A stretch of 59,519 nucleotides of DNA from Octopus bimaculoides (lineage: Eukaryota): positions 42,133,620 to 42,193,138 of the forward strand of contig NC_068997.1 of assembly GCF_001194135.2 (NCBI RefSeq), in the 5' to 3' direction. Of the stretch, positions 52,181-59,519 are shown in pieces. The position numbers were made by a program, and so were the translations under genes. Below the pieces are notes generated by a model. It ran no database searches. It saw only the letters and a program-made list of their open reading frames with translations, and was not told where the DNA came from. Position 1 is the stretch's first letter. Each line of letters starts with the position of its first letter.

Positions 52181-53374
52181 CTCAAATTAAAAGAAAAAGG
52201 AAATTGATATTTAAAGAAAATGCATTTAAACAAATATTGTCACTCTATTTTTATAAACTGGTAACTGTCTAAGAATAACTACACACAGTATCTACACGCC
52301 GGCCGTGTAGAATCGATCGCGCGGCGGGTTAAGCGGGTCCGACCGTCGGAATTAATGAGAGGCTAAAGCATTCCTTCCAGTCGGCGAACCCATCCGATCA
52401 ACGACTACCCTACATAGTAGTCTGGACCCCCTTGGGGTATGAGGGTCACCTAGAGAATGACCTAGAGAATGACAAACAAATGTAAAGAAAACTTAAAAGC
52501 TTTTAACAGAGGCACAAGGTCACAGAGTTGGGCGGTTGTGGCATTGTTTATTACATCTACCCCCATACTTGACTGGTACTCTATTTTATTGATTTGGAAG
52601 GACGAAGGGCAAGATTGACATAGGTGGGATTTGAACGCAGACCGCAAAGAGACGGAACATATTAAAAAACTTTGTCTGATGCTTTAAGCTTTCTTTACAT
52701 TTGTTTGTCCTTCTGTTGTCGATTCCATTGTACACACGTCATCTTTGACTGAGCAAATCTATCATAAACAATATTTATCATGGCCATTTCAGCTTCCTCT
52801 AGGCACTGCATATCTAGGACTACGTTATCTAATGTGCCTTTCGCGCTTCGAGAAAGAAGGTTTAATTTGGGTAAGATTTCTAATAGGTTGAGTAACCATC
52901 CAAATCTACGAATCTTTCTGTTACATCTAAAGTGGCAATCGTCACCGCGTCTACAAAAGTAACGTTATCAGTAAGTAGACGAACCATCTGAGTATAAAAG
53001 GTTCATTTCGAGGTGGTTATATAATTCTTTAAGCAGAGTACACAGACTTCAGCTTTTAAGTAAACAGTGACCCTTACCTCCCTTTAATGTTCTGTGACCT
53101 ACCAAGGTTGTTCGTGGAGAAATTAAGTTTTAACAACGATGCCTGAGAACGGGATAAAAACATTATTACACAGGAATTAAGACATGTAATTTAACGTACA
53201 CACACACGCGTGAGTGTCTCTGATGAATCTATTGACAATTAAGTGACGACTGTGAATGAACATGCTAAAAGCAAAACTGAACAAAAGTTTACAGATTTAG
53301 AAGGAAGACTACAAGAAGGATAAAACATTTCCAAGAGATGTAAAAATTAGTTATATAAGAATAAATCAACTTAC

Positions 53375-53446
53375 TTTGCCATAGATATGCCTCAGTTCCC
53401 GTATAATGCCCCTTAACAGGGGGAGACTGTTGGCGTTGACCGCCAT
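53375..53446 (-). CDS. FMC1: FMC1 (C7orf55) homolog, coding exon 1 of 3: MAVNANSLPLLRGIIRELRHIYGK
   Basis: ATG at 53446, 72 nt, ends phase 0 at donor AAA|GTAAGT. LRGIIRELRHI matches the recalled human FMC1 N-terminus FRGLLRELRYL. Confidence 0.92.
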
Positions 53447-53523
53447 CCAGCAGAAGCTATCTTGGAGATCCTGGAGAGTTCTTCATCGTCGAAGGGAGAT
53501 AACTCGTGCTCCTTAGTGACAAA
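53447..53523. promoter_or_regulatory. 77-bp spacer between the divergent FMC1 and IGBP1 start codons (presumed bidirectional promoter or overlapping 5' UTRs)
   Basis: Position between two confidently called ATGs; no TATA box seen; locally GC/CpG richer than the flanks. Confidence 0.7.
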
Positions 53524-53643
53524 ATGGCACAGAATGTGACGGGAAATGGACGTGACACGCTCGCTTCGATATTTAAGCAATTATTAAAAGCTTATGAATA
53601 TCTAGAGTCGTCTGACCTAGCCACATCAGACCCTGGATACCAG
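53524..53643 (+). CDS. IGBP1: IGBP1 / alpha4 (Tap42 family PP2A regulator), coding exon 1: MAQNVTGNGRDTLASIFKQLLKAYEYLESSDLATSDPGYQ
   Basis: AAAATGG start context, 120 nt, donor CAG|GTAAAT phase 0. Splices in frame to the 57927 exon. Resembles the first helix of the Tap42 family (LPELFETGRQLLDEVE...SRIVQ in human). Confidence 0.85.
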
Positions 53644-53959
53644 GTAAATACATCAGATGTAGAAATGCAGTTTTTTTTTTTAGATAGAGTTGATCTTTTT
53701 ATGCTTTGTCAAACCCTGTTTGTTTATCGTTTGTGTAGTCTTCATTACACATGTTAACACTATTCAATCTGTGTTTATTCTGTAGCCTAATATTTCCTTT
53801 CTGGAACATATTTATTTGTCCGATGGTAGTGACATTACAAAATGTCATCAAAAATACCCACACATCGTCAATTAAAACGCAATCTTATGACTAATACATA
53901 CACATACATATATACACATTTTCGTGTATGTATGCATAGGTCCCACTTCTCAACCAATG

Positions 53960-54295
53960 AATATCTCTCGATACATCTCGAACGTTTGTCTACAGGTTGT
54001 TTGGAAGTCTAGCCCAATAGTTGCCTCTCAAGTCTTTTGTACACCACCTCATTATACTATTCCAACCAACGCGATGTGCATCATCTATTCATATTACATG
54101 TCCATATATCTGGCTTTCTTCGATATCCAGTCACCTTCTCATTTCCTTTGGTCAGCTCTTCCTCTCACTTAATATTAGTACCTCCACCCAAACCACACCA
54201 TGTTATGCGCAATTCTTCGACCCATGCTTTCACACTTCATGTTTCACTGCCAAACAACAACATACGTTTTATACACGCTTCTTTCGTATGAGAAA
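53960..54295 (-). mobile_element. Old RTE-LINE fragment in IGBP1 intron 1
   Basis: Minus-strand EACIKRMLLFGSET*SVK resembles the RTE motif ACVRSVLLYGSETW. Confidence 0.6.
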
Positions 54296-57212
54296 CGCGT
54301 CAACAGATAACTTTCTAATAGTAACGGAGGAACTTCTACGTGGTCGCTCTGCCTGCAAGAAATAATAGCCAAATCTTCTTCAGACCACACACTTACAAAA
54401 AGGAAGGGGATAATGTGGACTTAGACATACTATGTCTAGAAAAAAAAAAATGACGAGATCGTCACGGATAGAACGCCTTCGTTCATAGATTTGCTCAGTC
54501 AGTCCTAACTTAGGGTTAAACAACAATGAATCAAACCTATATGAAACAGGTCGTTTGCCCTGCTAGAAATAGCAACCAAATCTCCCTCAAATCACACTTA
54601 GAAAAGGGACACATTGGATAGTATAGTACTGGGTGCACACTGCCTAGGAAAAAGTTGGGATTGTCACTGTAGGAATGGCTTTGACCATAGGTCATTTATC
54701 TAGGATTAAACAAGAACAAATCAGATCAACCTATATTCTTCCCCCAAATCCTCTCAGCAAAAATAATTTTGATTTCAAATTTTGGCACAAGGCCAGCAAT
54801 TTCGGGGAGGGGATAAGTTGATTATATCAACCACAGTGTTCAACTGGTTCCACTGAGCATTTTGCCTGCTCACCAACTTCTCAGCACAAATAATGCTGTG
54901 TAATGTCCTTGGGTAGCAACTGTTATTTCCTATTTGTTTACCCCTAGAAAGTATGCAAAATGGCTAATATGTCTTTCAAACCTTGCTTTTTTTTTACAGT
55001 TATTCAAACCCCAAAGAATCCCTCTCAACACTTGGCTATGATGCTCCCCCACTACTCCTGCTCATGACCAGAGATGCATATATTGTCAGCCACTTAGGGA
55101 CATACGTAAGTGGTTAAGGTCAAGCAAATCTTTGCTATTGAGCAGAATATTTGCCATAATGATATTTCTGCTTTAGCAACTCAGCTCTGAATCTATCTGA
55201 AATGTAATGGAAAATAAATCAGTTTCAAAACATTGATGTCCAGGTCACAGAAGCAAAGTTTGAAGGGAATAGTAGTGATTTCCTTTGATTTCTAGATAGA
55301 AGCAAATAGGAAATAACACTTACTGACCAAAAACAAGACAAAAGAAAAATACTAAAATTTTGTCACGCAGTGTAATATTACAGGCTCTCTTCAGTCTGGA
55401 CAAATTTCTTCAAGGTTTACCAGATAAGCTACCTATACCTGAACACATCTCAGTCAACGACAACTCCCTACTTGAATGAGCCATGATACTACAAATCTTG
55501 ACTTAAAATTGACTGCTACTAAGTTAGACATGGCCTGGGCCAATCTTTGGTTGAAACATATCTAAGTTATGTAAGTTATACTTACAGTCCACAATTTTCC
55601 CAGCAATGTCACCCCAGCGCTATTATCCCAAACGTGAACAGCAAGGATGACCCACTGCCCTTAAGACCCCCAGCATACTTTATAGATTTCTCTTGGGTGA
55701 GGTTGAACACAACTATGTAAAATTCCATTATTTGTATGAAGAAGCCACATTTTGAACAACATGGAATTTATCTCAGGAAAACAAGTTCCGATACAGAATT
55801 AAGTTCCAGAATTTCAGTTTGCTGTCAAACTGTCCCAAATTGTAACATCTCAACTAAGTTTTGATTTGAGGATACATACAACTATGAAGCCATGTAGGTT
55901 GAATAGTTAAATTTATCTATGAGTTTACGTTTTTCTGTAAGCTTAATGTAACTTATCACTAAATTATGGTCTCTCTCTCTCTCTCTGAATATTATTGAAG
56001 CTGAAAAGACTTTCAACTTCAATGAAATGCTATTTTACTCTGACCTTTGGCATTCAAGTTTTATTTTCTCCACCTTGTTTTGTACCTATGTGCTTGTGTG
56101 TATGCATGCATGTATGTATATATATATATAGAGAGAGAGAGAGAGGGGGATTTATACACACACAAACAAACTTGAAAGAGACTAGTGTTGGTCTGTATTG
56201 GCAAAACTTGTGTCATTTAATAAAATTGACAAAAACATTACAGTGAATATGCTGTCTTTTTAATTTCATTTCTTTCTACTTTTCCCCGATGAAGGACTCT
56301 GTGCAGAACATTAGGTTTTCCACTTCCCATCGCAATTCACTGTACTCTTTCTTTCAATTATATACATATCATCATCATTTAACATCCACTTTCCTTGCTG
56401 GCATGGAATGGACGGTTTGACAAGAGCTGCCCAGGCTCCATGTCTGTTTTGGCATAATTTCTACAACTGGATGTCGTTCCTAATGTCAACCACTTTACAG
56501 AGTGTACTGGGTGCCTTTGCATAGCACCAGCATGGGTTCGTTTATGATGCTGCATAAAAGCACCACATATATATATAGTATTTATCCAAGTAATGATATA
56601 AATAATAGGTGTAGGCATGGTAGTGTGGTTAAGAAGCTTGCTTCCCAACAATGGGGTCTTGGGTTCAGTCTCACTGCATGGCACCTTGGGTGCCTTCTAC
56701 TATAGCTCTTGACCAGCCAAAGCCTTCTGAGTGGATTTAGTTGGTGGAAATTGAAAGAAGCCCATCCAATGATTATATATGTATTGTTGTGTTTGTGTGT
56801 GTGTACCCTTGTATAGGCACTGTCATGCAAACGATGTTGTTTATTTCCTGTCTTCCATGAAAACATGTCTGGCCACGGGGGAATATTACCTTGCTTAGAA
56901 ACAGGTAAGAGTTGGTGATAGGAAGGACATCCAGCCATAGAAAATCTGCCTCAACAAATTCCCTCTGACTCATGCAAGCATGGAAAAGTGGACATTGAAT
57001 GATGATACAAATACAATATCTGTTGGTTTTTGATTACCTTTAAGAGCAGAAGCAGTTATTTCAGATTTTAAATTCTAAACTGTTGAATATTTCACAATCA
57101 TACAGAACAGCATTTCTTTTATTATCTTCTGTATTGAAAGATTGCTCCTATCTCCTTTCTCATTCTGCAAAAGACGTGGTCTAGTGGCTAGGGATGTTGG
57201 GTTCACAGTTAG

Positions 57213-57599
57213 TAGGAGTGGCTGTGTGGTAAGTAACTTGCTTACCAACCACATGGTTCCAGGTTCAGTCCTTGCGCAAGTGTCTTCTATTATAGCCTCG
57301 GGCCGACCAAAGCCTTGTGAGTGGATTTGGTAGACGGAAACTGAAAGAAGCCCGTCGTATATATGTATATGTATGTGTGTGTTTGTTTGTCTGTGTTTGT
57401 TCCCCTCCCCGCAACATCGCTTGACAACCGATGTTGGTGTGTTTACGTCCCCGTAATTTAGCGGTTCGGCAAAAGTGACTGATAGAATAAGTACTAGGCT
57501 TACAAAGAATAAGTCCTGGGGTCGATTTGCTCGACTAAAGGTGGTGCTCCAGCATGGCTGCAGTCAAATGACTGAAACAAGTTAAAAAAAAAAAAGAGT
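57213..57599 (+). mobile_element. SINE family A inserted into another tRNA-headed SINE (host ~57172-57700)
   Basis: Host A-box TGGTCTAGTGG lies to the left and B-box-like GTAAGTTCAACCC to the right; AGTAGG occurs at both junctions. Confidence 0.7.
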
Positions 57600-57926
57600 A
57601 GGCTGTAAGTTCAACCCTTAAGCTAGGCAGTACACTGTATCCTTGAGCAAGATACTTCTCTTCATGTTAATCCAGTCTGATCAGCTAAAAATGCGCAACA
57701 GCAGCAGCAGCTGGGAGTTAACTCTGTGAGAGTAGCAGATTCCTCTTGAATGGGATTAGTACTTTCATCATTCACTTAAACAGCTTGAAGACCCTGATAA
57801 TCTCCAGCCTCATGAGTTATAGGCTTGAGGTAAACTTTCTTCTATCTCCTTCTAACACCTAGAATTAAGAAATCTTGTTCAGCAGACTCTTTAATTAAAT
57901 GCTATTTGTTTGTCTGTTTTCTTCAG

Positions 57927-58039
57927 CAAAAGGTGGCCCAATGTATTCCAGAAGCTGAAAAAGCCGTCCACAAGGTGAACCTCCTGCATTTATTCAGTGA
58001 TAATGAAGATATTGATGAAGTTACAACAAGCAGTCTAAA
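57927..58039 (+). CDS. IGBP1: IGBP1 coding exon 2: QKVAQCIPEAEKAVHKVNLLHLFSDNEDIDEVTTSSL(K); gene continues beyond the window
   Basis: Acceptor tgttttcttcAG, donor AA|GTAAGT (phase 2). LFSDNEDIDEVTTSSLK matches the Tap42 hallmark LFSRNEDLEEIASTDLK. Confidence 0.92.
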
Positions 58040-58676
58040 GTAAGTCTCTACCTCTCTCTCTCTCTCTCCTCCACTTAATTGATGTTACATCATCTTTTAT
58101 GTTTTGTTTCCTGTTGCTATCATTGGTGCATAAAGTTGTCACTTAACCACAAATCAGCCCTACATGAACCAACCTGTATTTAAAGGTATCCTGGTTGTGA
58201 CCCTATCTTTCTAGGACTACATTATGTACCATTTCTTTTTGTTGAAGGTGGTAGGCTGTGTGATGATTTGTGGGAGATTTTGCTGCTATTTTCAGCACCT
58301 TGTGCAACTACAGAGAGGCTCCCTTGATGACATGTTCCTCCTCCTATAGACAAGGCTGATAAAGCAGAACAACATCTGGAGTCTCTGCACATATCGGCCT
58401 CTGTCTTCAATTATTTAGACTATTAGTCTGATACAGGTGATTCTGCTAATAGAATTAATTAAAGAACACTGGTTAATGAAAGAATGAAACAATTAATTTT
58501 ACAGTGCAACCACTACTTAGAATGTCAAATTGTACCACTTTGCAGTATCTATTTCAGGATAGGTAGACATGTCCATTAAGAGTACAGTGTCTTGGTGATA
58601 GACATAGCACTATGCCAGATAGAAATGCTTGACAAATTTAGAGTTTTGCTACCTTACCCAACTGGTCATCCAGGCT

Positions 58677-58707
<31 letters not shown>

Positions 58708-58847
58708 ATATTTGTGTATGTATATATATATATAATATATATATATATGTGTGTGTGTGTGTGTAGGTATGTATATAAGTATATATATGTGTGTGTGTGT
58801 GTGTAGGTATGTATATAAGTATATATGTGTGTATACATATACACCGT

Positions 58848-59167
58848 GAAGGCATGTGGCTTAGTGGTTAGGGCATTCCACTCATGATCGTAAGGTTGTG
58901 AGTTCAATTCCCGGCGACGCATTTTGTCTTTGGGCAAGACACTACATTTCACATTGCTCCAGTCCACTTAGCTGGCAAAAATTAGTAGTGCCTGTATTTC
59001 AAAGGGCTAGCCTTGTCACACTCTGTGTCACACTGAATCTGCCTGAGAACTATGTTAAGGCTACACATATCTGTGGAGTGCTCATCCACTTGCACAGTTT
59101 CACATGCAAGCTGTTCTGTTGATTATATCAGCTGGGACTCTCGTCGTCATAACCAATGGAGTGCTCC
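58848..59167 (+). mobile_element. SINE family C-related copy
   Basis: TGGCTTAGTGG/GAGTTCAATTCC boxes; body GCCTTGTCACACTCTGTGTCACACTGAAT shared with 32560-32700. Confidence 0.75.
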
Positions 59168-59265
59168 TTCTTCTTCATATATCTATACTATATATATATA
59201 TATAACCCATGCTAGCATGGAAAGCGGACGTTAAACGATGATGATGATGATTATATATATATATA

Positions 59266-59519
59266 TCTATATATATAAAAATGAGAATGTGTGTCTGTCT
59301 GTCTGTCTGTCTGTCTGTGAATCCCTAAAACTCGAGAACTACACAACCAATTCCATTCAAATTTTACACATGCCTTACTTAGGGTTCCAGTTGTGTTTTA
59401 GTCAAAAAGAATTATTAACTTCTTGCAGAGTTCGAGCACACGGCAACATAATATCTCCTCCACTATTTAAGTATTACGTGTCAAAAGTGAAACAAAAACA
59501 CTCATGTCAAATACTTTCA
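59266..59519 (+). mobile_element. Helitron-like non-autonomous element, 5' end (runs off the window)
   Basis: A^TCTATATATATAAAAATG followed by a (CTGT)n microsatellite, the usual 5' architecture of Lep1/DINE-type rolling-circle elements; the 3' hairpin/CTRR is outside the window. Confidence 0.6.

Noticed and set aside
52300-52430. HDV-like, twister or hammerhead ribozyme call
   Set aside because: Manual folding gave only a partial P1, a non-consensus L3 and no CUGAUGA/GAAA core; left as an unclassified structured element.
52695-52955. ~85-codon open minus-strand stretch with a vague hAT-transposase-like leucine pattern
   Set aside because: No catalytic motif or termini; similarity too weak to support.
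53078-53163. MFLSRSQASLLK... as the FMC1 mitochondrial leader or first exon
   Set aside because: It ends in phase 2, incompatible with exon 2, and the exon at 53375-53446 carries the conserved FMC1 N-terminus. Kept only as a cassette-exon candidate.
53506-53757. Track ORF MLLSDKMAQ... read as a single-exon gene
   Set aside because: It begins at a GTG and reads through the donor at 53644; the real CDS starts at ATG 53524 and splices.
46924-59167. tRNA genes
   Set aside because: All A/B-box heads continue into SINE bodies and lack complete cloverleaves.

Overview
Eukaryotic, AT-rich, repeat-saturated genomic DNA with many N-gaps. The SINE families and microsatellite density suggest an octopus or other coleoid cephalopod (inference). 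I reconstructed two spliced genes by hand; the ORF track misses nearly all of their exons. (1) A complete 3-exon FMC1/C7orf55 homolog on the minus strand (53446-53375, 52180-52031, 45570-45469; 107 aa; mitochondrial complex V assembly factor). (2) The first two coding exons of IGBP1/alpha4 (Tap42 family) on the plus strand (53524-53643, 57927-58039), running off the right edge. The two start codons are head-to-head and only 77 bp apart. I found no recognisable coding exon in the left ~45 kb. That stretch is a mosaic of tRNA-headed SINEs, RTE-LINE 3' fragments, a BovB-like RTE relic, three different Tc1/mariner transposase relics (DD41D, DD37D-like, DD34D mariner), MITEs (Tigger-, Tc1-, piggyBac- and hAT-like) and simple repeats; a Helitron-like 5' end lies at the far right. 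I cannot demonstrate a novel biological system. The best leads are the ultra-compact FMC1/IGBP1 divergent pair, an unexplained CpG-rich, hairpin-dense ~180-nt element plus a ~30-bp inverted repeat in FMC1 intron 1, and inverted SINE pairs that could form ADAR substrates. Repeat boundaries are approximate unless a TSD or TIR is quoted. All homology calls are from recalled sequences, not database searches.
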